26,675 nt of DNA from a virus (IMGVR_UViG_3300012933_000091:1-26675), one strand, 5' to 3'; shown: positions 18,294 through 25,591, counted from the first letter of the stretch. Translations and numbers: made by a program. Notes: generated by a model not told the origin, from the sequence alone.

Positions 18294-18735
18294 ACTACTT
18301 GCATTGCTTAAAACAGCAGCACCAGCCCTTGCTACGGCAGTTGGTGGTCCTTTGGGTGGCATGGCAATCAAAGCCATTGCTGACAAACTTGGAGTGCCAG
18401 CATCTATTACTGACGTAACAACTGCGCTGCAAGCAAACCCTGACCTTGCACTCAAACTTAAAGAGATTGACACACGCGCATTTGAAGCGGAAACCAAGGC
18501 GGTATCAGAGCGTTGGCAAGCAGACATGGCATCTGATTCTTGGCTGTCAAAGAACATCAGACCTATGACATTGATTGCCATCTTTGTGGCCTATTTCCTG
18601 TTCGCTAGTTTGAGCGCCATGAATATCAATGTGAACGAATCCTATGTAAAACTACTAGGTGAATGGGGCCAACTGATTATGTTGGCGTATTTCGGTGGGC
18701 GTACCGCTGAGAAAATTATGGAGAAACGGAAATGA
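18286..18735 (+). CDS. Holin, GTA-type 3TM family
   Basis: APALATAVGGPLGG N-terminus; DMASDSWLSKNIRP...YFGGRTAEK motif; upstream of the endolysin. Confidence 0.8.
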   Translation: MNELLALLKTAAPALATAVGGPLGGMAIKAIADKLGVPASITDVTTALQANPDLALKLKEIDTRAFEAETKAVSERWQADMASDSWLSKNIRPMTLIAIFVAYFLFASLSAMNINVNESYVKLLGEWGQLIMLAYFGGRTAEKIMEKRK

Positions 18736-18980
18736 GCGAATTCCAACGTGAGATTATTCATATTGCAAGAATGATGGCAGTGACTTTGTGCTTTGTTATC
18801 TTGACCATGACCATGAGCCTGTTGGGTGGTTTGTTCATGCCCAACAGCGTGATTGATAACAAGGATATTTTCCCAATCATTGCGCCAGCATTCAGCACTA
18901 TCATTGGTGGCTTTATTGGATGGTTGGCTGCTATCAAATTGAACAACGCATCTGAGGAATCAAATGACCAAACTAACTGA
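18732..18980 (+). CDS. Small two-TM membrane protein
   Basis: Two hydrophobic segments; ATGA-coupled to the holin. Confidence 0.7.
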   Translation: MSEFQREIIHIARMMAVTLCFVILTMTMSLLGGLFMPNSVIDNKDIFPIIAPAFSTIIGGFIGWLAAIKLNNASEESNDQTN

Positions 18981-19434
18981 AAACTTTACCCTTGAAGAAC
19001 TCACGCACACTGACCACCGTGAGTTTGACAACACACCCACAACGACTGAGAAGTGCATCATTGATGGCAAGGAAGTCATTGTGAATGCTTACGAGAACCT
19101 GCCACGCTTGGCTGCTTTCTTGGAACAAATCAAGGTGTTGGTTGGTGGCAAGCCTATCATGGTAAACAGCGCATTCCGTTCGCATGATGTGAACACTGCG
19201 GTGGGTTCCAAAGATACCAGCGACCATCGCCGTGGTTGTGCCGCTGATATTCGTGTGCCTGGCATGACCCCTGACGAGGTAACACGCGCCATCATTGCCA
19301 GTGATTTACCTTACCAGCAAGTCATTCGTGAGTTTGACCGCTGGACCCATGTGTCAATTACAACCAATGAAGGCGACACGCCTAAGAAATCCAAACTTAT
19401 CATTGATAAGGCTGGAACTCGTCCTTTTGCGTAA
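18964..19434 (+). CDS. Endolysin, peptidase M15A family (Zn peptidase)
   Basis: LTENFTLEEL, NSAFRS..N..VG, SDHxxGxAADI and WTHVS zinc-ligand motifs; GAGG SD. Confidence 0.92.
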   Translation: MTKLTENFTLEELTHTDHREFDNTPTTTEKCIIDGKEVIVNAYENLPRLAAFLEQIKVLVGGKPIMVNSAFRSHDVNTAVGSKDTSDHRRGCAADIRVPGMTPDEVTRAIIASDLPYQQVIREFDRWTHVSITTNEGDTPKKSKLIIDKAGTRPFA

Positions 19435-19696
19435 GCATTAGGGTTGTAAGTTCTAGCAAGAATTCTTGGCTGATTCCGTACCTTTTTTCAAAACCTTTTG
19501 CTCCGAGGCCATGCACACCTGTGTTACCTCGGTGATGTTCAACACAAAGTCCAATGACGGGTGCGTTGTCACGTTTCCCACCATAACGGCGAATGTGGTG
19601 GATTTCGCAAGGGGTTTGTCCGAATTTGAGAAAAAGGCAGAGGACACAGCCAAGATTCGCGACTTCACCATAATGCTTCTTTGTTTCTTTGTTCAT
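19400..19696 (-). CDS. Ref/DUF968-like HNH-fold nuclease
   Basis: GCVLC...EIHHIR...IGLCVEHHRG..GVH..G.K.FEKRYG..Q..LL pattern. Confidence 0.78.
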   Translation of the reverse strand: MNKETKKHYGEVANLGCVLCLFLKFGQTPCEIHHIRRYGGKRDNAPVIGLCVEHHRGNTGVHGLGAKGFEKRYGISQEFLLELTTLMLTQKDEFQPYQ

Positions 19697-19844
19697 GTAT
19701 TTAACTGATAACGCTTTGAATTGTTTTTATGTGTATCAAAAAAGATACGTTGATTACAAAAGGCAATCACGCATAGAGATTGAAGAATTTAAAGCAAAGC
19801 AAAAGCGTCATCAGGCTTGTTTGTGGATTAAAAAACCAAGGTAA

Positions 19845-20108
19845 TTAGTTAATTCCTCGGTACTCAAAAAAGTGTTTAAAGGATGGATTGCGCTGTGCAA
19901 ACAACCTTGCAAGGTGTGATGTTGCATAGTTGTTTATTTTCCATTCTCCATTTGCTTCAGTTATCAATGTGTGGTGTCGTAAAAATTCCACAATTGTTTT
20001 GGCTGAATAACGATTGCGTTTTTTGGCGGTTGCCAATGCTTCACGTTCAAACGCATCATAAATGTGTTCGTTGTTTTTAATCCAAGAATCAAAATCAAAT
20101 TTACTCAT
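19845..20108 (-). CDS. Hypothetical phage protein
   Basis: 87-aa ORF, ATGA-coupled to the upstream gene; YSAKTIVEFLRHHT...KINN...ARLF. Confidence 0.75.
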   Translation of the reverse strand: MSKFDFDSWIKNNEHIYDAFEREALATAKKRNRYSAKTIVEFLRHHTLITEANGEWKINNYATSHLARLFAQRNPSFKHFFEYRGIN

Positions 20109-20440
20109 TGTGTAGACCTCACTTCAGAACGGGCTGATGATTCAAGGCTGCGCCACACAGCAATTTTTGCTTCTGCGGCTGACACCAAGATGCGTAGGGT
20201 TTCGTATTCTGCAATAGCGTCACGCATCTCAACAAGGTGTTGGATGTATTCGTCATGGGAATACGCATAGGTTTCTTTGGCTGACTCAGTTCGTTCGCTA
20301 GACGATGCCATGATGATGGCTTTAACCGTCTTGCGCTTTTCCTGCATATAGACCATCTGGCCTTTAAGTCTGCCAAGGTTATCTGCGTTGTCACGCATGA
20401 AATCAAGTGCTTTGAATGGGCTGATTTCTTGTTCTGTCAT
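20105..20440 (-). CDS. Helical phage protein, possibly UvsY-like recombination mediator
   Basis: Start ATG 20440 with AAGGA SD; all-helical; AKETYAYSHDEY...KIAVWRS; function is inference. Confidence 0.6.
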   Translation of the reverse strand: MTEQEISPFKALDFMRDNADNLGRLKGQMVYMQEKRKTVKAIIMASSSERTESAKETYAYSHDEYIQHLVEMRDAIAEYETLRILVSAAEAKIAVWRSLESSARSEVRSTQ

Positions 20441-20808
20441 GTGTTTTCCTTTATGCCGTGGGCGGCTTCGATTGCTCTGGCAAGCCAAACAAAACCTGAT
20501 GTTGCTGTCAGTCCGTATTTTGTTGAGTCATACCCGTAATACTTCATTGCTATCTCAATGTGAGGTTTCAACTCATCATCCGTTAGCGGCTCACGCTTTA
20601 ACTTTGGTGGATGTTCAATAGGAAACCCCCAACCATTAAAACCAAGCACCTCATCATCAGGCTCACCCTGCTCTTGCTTGGCTAGTGCTTCTTCTATGGC
20701 TTTGATGGCTTCATCTACTACATCTCCGTTTATTGGTTGCGAATAAACAAGACTGTTTTCAATTCGCAGCAACGCCTCAAGCGCCAGTGTCATTGCTTCT
20801 TTACTCAT
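20437..20808 (-). CDS. Hypothetical phage protein
   Basis: GGGGTG SD; modular motifs ALEAL...AIEEALA..EQGEP and PLTDDE...ARAIEAAHGI. Confidence 0.75.
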   Translation of the reverse strand: MSKEAMTLALEALLRIENSLVYSQPINGDVVDEAIKAIEEALAKQEQGEPDDEVLGFNGWGFPIEHPPKLKREPLTDDELKPHIEIAMKYYGYDSTKYGLTATSGFVWLARAIEAAHGIKENT

Positions 20809-20950
20809 AATTCACCCCGTAAGCAATTGAATACAAAACAGAAAAATGCAAAGCAATTCCAAGAAGCCCATACCAAGGAGGCGAAAGCCATGCAGAAAAT
20901 AAAGATGTTGTTATTGAAGTCCAAAATAACATTCCAAAAAATGATTTCAT
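20801..20950 (-). CDS. Small membrane protein (49 aa, MKSFFGMLFW...)
   Basis: GAGG SD, ATGA overlap with the upstream 33-aa ORF, stop overlaps next start; hydrophobic. Confidence 0.6.
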   Translation of the reverse strand: MKSFFGMLFWTSITTSLFSAWLSPPWYGLLGIALHFSVLYSIAYGVNYE

Positions 20951-21048
20951 AGCAGCGCATCCTCTGTTTGTGCGCGTTGCTGTTGCGCGTATTCTTTGAT
21001 TTGCTTGGCAGTCCAAGGCGTTGGTGGGCAGGTAGGGAAGGGCCACAT
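20947..21048 (-). CDS. 33-aa peptide MWPFPTCPPTPWTAKQIKEYAQQQRAQTEDALL (not in the ORF track)
   Basis: AAGG SD; ATG 1 nt after upstream TGA; its TGA overlaps the next ATG, tiling the operon. Confidence 0.65.
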   Translation of the reverse strand: MWPFPTCPPTPWTAKQIKEYAQQQRAQTEDALL

Positions 21049-21049
21049 A

Positions 21050-21301
21050 TCAACCTTTCTTTTTTACTGTTGTGTTTTTGATACCAGCGCGGCTGTAGTA
21101 CATGAATTCAAGCGGTTTGGTTGAAACTCTTGTCTTGCTGATTCCTGACAAAGTGCCATGCAAAGGCTTTTGTTTGCGTGTCTCCTCAACGTAAGCAGAC
21201 AGTGTTTGACCTGCTGCGGTTTGCTTGGATTCAAGGCGAATGGCTTTGAGAAACTCAGGCATATACGTCTTGACGTAATCGGGGTGAAAGGCGTTAATCA
21301 T
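21050..21301 (-). CDS. Hypothetical basic phage protein
   Basis: 83-aa ORF, ATGA-coupled. Confidence 0.7.
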   Translation of the reverse strand: MINAFHPDYVKTYMPEFLKAIRLESKQTAAGQTLSAYVEETRKQKPLHGTLSGISKTRVSTKPLEFMYYSRAGIKNTTVKKKG

Positions 21302-21726
21302 GCTGCTTTTCTTTCTGCGCGGATTTGATCGCGTGATTTGCCAAGGTTAAAGACGCTGTTCATGCGGTACAAGCCCATGCGTTTAGCGTCATAGCGGCGT
21401 TTATTTTCTTTGGGTGAGGCTTTGGGTTTAGCCACATCGTTGCCGCTTCCTAGGGCGTATACAGCCCTTGGGTAACGCCTTGCGCCTTCAGCGTCATAAA
21501 TGTATCGGCAGACATAGATTTGTTTGCCAACTCGCGGCAGGTTTTTGTTCATGCGCGACAAGATTGCTGAAATTAAATCTTTGCGTACACCAGCCGATTG
21601 CTCAAGTTCTGCGCGGGACTGTGGCCCATACTGTTCTAGGGCCATCTTTACGGCTTGGACTCTCACTCCGTACAACTTGTGGTTCGGGTTGATCTTTTCT
21701 CTTAATGGGGCTTGTGATGATTTCAT
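21298..21726 (-). CDS. Hypothetical basic protein, possible winged-helix DNA-binding protein (true start may be downstream)
   Basis: ALEQYGPQSRAELEQSAGVRKDLISAILSRM resembles a wHTH; RYPRAVYALG. Confidence 0.65.
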   Translation of the reverse strand: MKSSQAPLREKINPNHKLYGVRVQAVKMALEQYGPQSRAELEQSAGVRKDLISAILSRMNKNLPRVGKQIYVCRYIYDAEGARRYPRAVYALGSGNDVAKPKASPKENKRRYDAKRMGLYRMNSVFNLGKSRDQIRAERKAA

Positions 21727-21838
21727 TGGTTTTGAATGTGTGGTAATTGAAACAGGTTCGGGTTCTGTCTACTGTTCCGTTGGGTTTGATTCTTGTTGCG
21801 TCAACGCTGGTTGGTGCGTTGCATTCTGGACATTTCAT
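21602..21838 (-). CDS. Zinc-ribbon protein (NrdR N-terminal / Ogr-like), putative regulator
   Basis: MKCPEC...V..TR...RTRTCFNYHTFKTNE (CxxC...CxxxH); coupled to the upstream stop. Confidence 0.7.
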   Translation of the reverse strand: MKCPECNAPTSVDATRIKPNGTVDRTRTCFNYHTFKTNEIITSPIKRKDQPEPQVVRSESPSRKDGPRTVWATVPRRT

Positions 21839-22041
21839 AATTCTTGAATGGTGATTCGGTACTGTTTGCCTTGCATATCCAGAACATCTACCGTGGTTAG
21901 TGTTGATTCCACATCGCCATTCATGTTTAGGTCATATTGGACTTTGCTTACTTCATCAATCAAACCGCGCCTGTCTAAGTTGATTAGGTTCTCTCGTATG
22001 GTGAATGCTATGTAGTCGCAATATGATTTTTTTGGTTTCAT
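21835..22041 (-). CDS. Hypothetical phage protein
   Basis: Strong SD AAGGA; 68 aa ending D.QGKQYRITIQEL. Confidence 0.75.
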   Translation of the reverse strand: MKPKKSYCDYIAFTIRENLINLDRRGLIDEVSKVQYDLNMNGDVESTLTTVDVLDMQGKQYRITIQEL

Positions 22042-22084
22042 GTTTAGTTCCTTTTTGAATGTGTAAAACTATCATACATCATAA

Positions 22085-22870
22085 CTATGATACTTTGATG
22101 CGTTGAGCAAATAAACGCACACTATCTGGAATTGGTGTTGCTTTTTTGGCATCTGCTTCAATTTTGCGTAGGGCAGCATCTTGATTTGGTGGCGCAGGTA
22201 CAGTCACAGTTGCAACGTCATGCGGATTGATTCGGATTGCTTGACCAACCATCCAATCGGATTTAAATCCAGCCCAACCACGCTCACAACAAACAGACAT
22301 TACTTGTTCAAGTGTCATGTTTGCTTTTGCTGCTTCACGTTGTAATCCAGCAATAGCGGTATTTGTGATTGCTGCTTTCTTGGCTTTACGCAAAGAAACA
22401 AAATCATTCCAAACATCAACACTAACGCCTTCAGGCGCTGCAACGCTAGTTGCTTTCCTTTCCATTTCCCTTTCCTTTCCTTTCCTTTCCTTTCCAGTAG
22501 GTATGGCTACGGTAGTGGTCTGGTAGTCGCAAGGTAAATCGCATAAATGCTTGATTTTGCTTGGTGTTTTCTTGTTTATGACTTGATGTTTTTCAAAGTT
22601 TTTAACATGACCATAAGTCTTGCCATCTTCACCTTGAAAAAGGTCTAAATAACCAATCGTGCATAACTCCTGTATCAATACGGTAGTCTTTTTGGAAAGT
22701 TCCCGTAATGGAAAAATGTCAGATTCAACAAGTTTTGGGTTGGCATTAAAGTAACCTTCATCATCGCAATGGTTGAGCAATCCAATAGCCAAAAGACACG
22801 CTTCTGGTGATACCAAAGCCAATGATTCATCACGCCAAAATTCAGGTTTGATTGTTCTAATTCGTGCCAT
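22085..22870 (-). CDS. Phage replication initiator / replisome organiser
   Basis: MARIRTIKPEFW.DE N-terminus, GLLNHCDDEG, low-complexity linker, C-terminal WNDFVSLRKAKKA...GWAGFKSDW domain. Confidence 0.85.
   Translation of the reverse strand: MARIRTIKPEFWRDESLALVSPEACLLAIGLLNHCDDEGYFNANPKLVESDIFPLRELSKKTTVLIQELCTIGYLDLFQGEDGKTYGHVKNFEKHQVINKKTPSKIKHLCDLPCDYQTTTVAIPTGKERKGKEREMERKATSVAAPEGVSVDVWNDFVSLRKAKKAAITNTAIAGLQREAAKANMTLEQVMSVCCERGWAGFKSDWMVGQAIRINPHDVATVTVPAPPNQDAALRKIEADAKKATPIPDSVRLFAQRIKVS
22454..22536. repeat. Candidate replication origin: TTTCC tract plus four 11-bp-phased GGTA repeats
   Basis: 8 TTTCC units in 22454-22495 (5 in perfect tandem); GGTA at 22500, 22511, 22522, 22533; located in the initiator linker as for lambda ori within O. 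Confidence 0.6.
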
Positions 22871-22872
22871 GA

Positions 22873-23082
22873 TTATTCACCCTCACGTTTAACATAGATG
22901 CCTGTCCATCGTTCCTCTTGTTGGCGCATTAACTCGCCAGCCATGCTAAACATGATTCTTGTTTGGTCAGGTGTCAACATAAACATTGAATCGTGACCGC
23001 ATTCAAGGCATTCTTGTTTAATTACCAAATATCCTGCATCAGATACATAAATTTCTGTTTCATAAGAACTTTGTAACTTCAT
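22873..23082 (-). CDS. Hypothetical phage protein (CxxC)
   Basis: ATG 23082 preceded by GGGGT SD (ORF track extends to TTG 23088); directly upstream of the initiator. Confidence 0.7.
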   Translation of the reverse strand: MKLQSSYETEIYVSDAGYLVIKQECLECGHDSMFMLTPDQTRIMFSMAGELMRQQEERWTGIYVKREGE

Positions 23083-23093
23083 TTTCAAACCCC

Positions 23094-23203
23094 AAAAAGA
23101 AAACCCCTGAAAACCTGCGGTACTAGCACAAGTCTTCAGGGGTCAGCCGTTGAAGGCTTAGATGTATTCGTATCTAGTACATACGACACCTAAACCTTCT
23201 GAC
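23094..23203 (-). ncRNA. Two-hairpin leader RNA with complementary (kissing) loops ending in an intrinsic terminator
   Basis: Hairpin 1 at 23152-23199, loop GUACUAG; hairpin 2 at 23103-23143, 17-bp stem, loop CUAGUAC, followed by UUCUUUUU; G-U pairs are only valid on the - strand. Confidence 0.75.
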
Positions 23204-23207
23204 AAGA

Positions 23208-23237
23208 ATTATACACACGATTCCAAAGGCACATCAA
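23208..23237 (-). promoter_or_regulatory. Sigma70-type promoter driving the leader RNA and replication genes
   Basis: - strand TTGATG-18 nt-TATAAT at the 3' end of rusA; predicted start ~23201-23203. Confidence 0.65.
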
Positions 23238-23571
23238 TCAGAACTCGACAGCCGCCACCTTTTTGTTGTTCTTTTCGCACAATCAACAAACGGTCCACTT
23301 GACTATCATCATTAAACACGCCAGCCTGTGTAAGCGCATCAAGCAGTGGCTTGGCTATGTTGTCAATGTCACGAACTCGTTTGTCTGGCGGGTAAAGATG
23401 TATGGTCAGGCTCACCCGTTGAGCCTCAAAGCCTTTATGCTCTGAAAGGGCAAATGCCTCAAACACTTTGGCTTTGAACTGATTGGCCTTGGGTGTAAGG
23501 AAGCGTCTAGAGCCGTTGAAGTTCCAGTAGGTGTTAATACTAGGTGGGTACGGCAAAAAAAGATTGAGCAT
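23209..23571 (-). CDS. rusA: RusA-family Holliday junction resolvase
   Basis: LPYPPSINTYW, PPDKRVRDIDNIAKPLLDAL, DDSQVD catalytic motifs. Confidence 0.95.
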   Translation of the reverse strand: MLNLFLPYPPSINTYWNFNGSRRFLTPKANQFKAKVFEAFALSEHKGFEAQRVSLTIHLYPPDKRVRDIDNIAKPLLDALTQAGVFNDDSQVDRLLIVRKEQQKGGGCRVLIDVPLESCV

Positions 23572-23573
23572 GG

Positions 23574-23625
23574 TTGTAATAGATGGTTTAAGTGTGCTTA
23601 TAATACATCATCGCAACCACGCGAT
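23574..23625 (+). promoter_or_regulatory. Promoter for the recombination operon with 5' hairpin
   Basis: Perfect TATAAT at 23599-23604 preceded by TGTG; TTGTAA 19 nt upstream (non-optimal spacing); ATCGC-aaccac-GCGAT at 23610-23625. Confidence 0.55.
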
Positions 23626-23645
23626 ACATCGAAAAGGAATTAAAC

Positions 23646-23957
23646 ATGACAGCATACGACAGGTGGTTAGAAGCGCCAATTCAAGCGCACTATGAGGAAC
23701 AAGACGCAATCAGCGACATTGTTGAGCAACTCATGGAAGACGAGTTAGACCCACGCAACCCTAGCGTGTTCATGCAAGCCATTAACGAAGGCGCTTGTTT
23801 GGACAACAAGGAATTCAACGAAGCGTTGAAGCAAATCCTTGAAACCAAGAATTATGACGAACTAGGCAAACTGGTCTACGACTTTGTTGTTGACTATTGC
23901 CAAGACACAGCCGTGATTCGTGCTGAAGCAATCATCCAAATGAGGACATACAAATGA
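23646..23957 (+). CDS. Hypothetical acidic phage protein
   Basis: AAGGA SD; 103 aa, strongly D/E-rich; YDRWLEAP N-terminus. Confidence 0.8.
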   Translation: MTAYDRWLEAPIQAHYEEQDAISDIVEQLMEDELDPRNPSVFMQAINEGACLDNKEFNEALKQILETKNYDELGKLVYDFVVDYCQDTAVIRAEAIIQMRTYK

Positions 23958-24502
23958 AGACGTTTAAAGACCTACGCACAATCAATGTAAACCAGCACAT
24001 TGAAAAGAAAGGCAACTTGTCATACCTGTCATGGGCATGGGCTGTTGATACGCTGTTGCAGGAAGACCCAACAGCACATTGGGAATTCCATGAGCCAACA
24101 TTTTTTGGCGAAACCGTAATGGTTCGTTGCACCGTGTACGCATTAGGCAAATCAATGACGATGCACTTGCCAGTGATGGACAACAAAAACCAAGCGGTCA
24201 AATCGCCTGATGCGCGTAAGGTATCAGACGCAATGATGCGATGCCTTGCCAAGTGTATTGCCACCTTTGGCATTGGCCTTTACATCTATGCTGGTGAAGA
24301 CGTACCAAGCGAAGGCGAACCAGAGCCTGTTGACCTTGGACCAATCATTGCATTTATTGCCGAGGCGCATAACCTTGATGACCTGCGTATCAAGTACGTT
24401 GGCGCGGTTAAGACGGTCAAGAACGACCAAGACGCATTGAAGCAATTGGAAGCAGTTAAAGACAAACGTAAAGCCGAATTGACGGCATTGGAGGCAGCAT
24501 GA
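23954..24502 (+). CDS. Sak-family (DUF1071, Rad52-like) single-strand annealing protein
   Basis: IEKKGNLSYLSWAWA, LPVMD, RCLAKCIATFGIGLYIYAGED motifs. Confidence 0.92.
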   Translation: MKTFKDLRTINVNQHIEKKGNLSYLSWAWAVDTLLQEDPTAHWEFHEPTFFGETVMVRCTVYALGKSMTMHLPVMDNKNQAVKSPDARKVSDAMMRCLAKCIATFGIGLYIYAGEDVPSEGEPEPVDLGPIIAFIAEAHNLDDLRIKYVGAVKTVKNDQDALKQLEAVKDKRKAELTALEAA

Positions 24503-24804
24503 GTTATTCAGAATTGGAAATGAAAACAATCCAATGGGGTGAAGCCCGTGGCATTGTGCAAAACAGCACCGCAGCAGCCCAAGCAATCAAGACGCAAGAG
24601 GAACTTGACGAACTGGTTGATGCTCTGCGAAACAACGACCGCGCAGCCATTGCAGACGCTTATGGCGACATTCTGGTGACGCTAATCATGGGTTGTGCCT
24701 GTGTTGACCTTGACCTTGTAACGTGCCTTGAAGGTGCTTACAACGAAATCAAGGACCGCAAGGGTTATCTCACTGCCGATGGCATCTTTGTGAAAGAAGC
24801 GTAA
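24499..24804 (+). CDS. MazG-like nucleotide pyrophosphohydrolase
   Basis: WGEARGI, KTQEELDEL...DAYGDILVTL, AYNEIKDRKG motifs. Confidence 0.9.
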   Translation: MSYSELEMKTIQWGEARGIVQNSTAAAQAIKTQEELDELVDALRNNDRAAIADAYGDILVTLIMGCACVDLDLVTCLEGAYNEIKDRKGYLTADGIFVKEA

Positions 24805-24953
24805 TGGGACAACTTGTTGCATTCATCTGTTTCTTTGCATGGCTGACGCACATTTTCACCTGCTTTGCTCAAGGCTTTTGGGGTTTCTTGGTGGCTGGCG
24901 CTATCTTTTTCCCCATTGGCATCCTTCACGGCTTTTACCTTTGGATGACTTAA
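24804..24953 (+). CDS. 49-aa hydrophobic membrane protein (not in the ORF track)
   Basis: MGQLVAFICFFAWLTHIFTCFAQGFWGFLVAGAIFFPIGILHGFYLWMT; TAATG overlap; exactly fills the gap between MazG and the exonuclease. Confidence 0.75.
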   Translation: MGQLVAFICFFAWLTHIFTCFAQGFWGFLVAGAIFFPIGILHGFYLWMT

Positions 24954-24954
24954 T

Positions 24955-25590
24955 ATGACAGACACAATATTTGACCCACGCACAGTGGAACAAGGTACAG
25001 ACCTGTGGAAGAAACTGCGCCTTGGTCACGTTACTGCCAGCAACATTGCCGAGGTAATGAGCAAAGGCAAAGGCAACGCAGAGGCTATTGGGCGTTACAA
25101 ATACAAAGTGCGCTTGGTTGCAGAACGCTTGACAGGTACGGCTGCTGAATCATTTAGCAGTTCTGCTATGGAGTGGGGCGTTGAGCAAGAGCAATTTGCC
25201 GCCATTGAGTACGAAGCAGCCAAAGGCGTGTTTGCTGACAAGACGGGCTTTTGGCCTTGTGAAGATGTGAAGTGGCTTGGCGTATCGCCTGACCGCTTGG
25301 TGGGTGAGGATGGTTTGGTTGAGATCAAATGCCCCAACACCACAACGCATTTGCAATACCTGTTTGACAACAAAGTGCCAACTGAGTATTACAAGCAAAT
25401 CCAATGTCAACTATGGGTAACAGGCCGCAAATGGTGCGACTTTGTTTCCTATGACCCAAGACTGCCCAAGCGCAATCAACTGCTGATTGTGCGGACAGAA
25501 CGCGATGAAGACCTCATTGCGGAAATGAAAGCCGAGGTTGAGAAATTCTTAGCCGAAGTGGAAAATTTAATCATCAAACTAGAGGAATAA
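24955..25590 (+). CDS. YqaJ / lambda-exonuclease family protein
   Basis: EQGT..W...[22 protein letters not shown]...EIKCP (PD-(D/E)xK), QIQCQLW. Confidence 0.95.
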   Translation: MTDTIFDPRTVEQGTDLWKKLRLGHVTASNIAEVMSKGKGNAEAIGRYKYKVRLVAERLTGTAAESFSSSAMEWGVEQEQFAAIEYEAAKGVFADKTGFWPCEDVKWLGVSPDRLVGEDGLVEIKCPNTTTHLQYLFDNKVPTEYYKQIQCQLWVTGRKWCDFVSYDPRLPKRNQLLIVRTERDEDLIAEMKAEVEKFLAEVENLIIKLEE

Positions 25591-25591
25591 T

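Noticed and set aside
20805-21053. 82-aa and 81-aa - strand ORFs from the track
   Set aside because: Interval is better explained by the coupled 33-aa and 49-aa genes, which have SDs and start/stop overlaps
22039-23648. Inverted copies of AAAAGGAAyTAAACATG flanking the initiator-rusA segment as invertible-element ends
   Set aside because: Both copies are simply SD plus start codon of divergently oriented genes; no recombinase present
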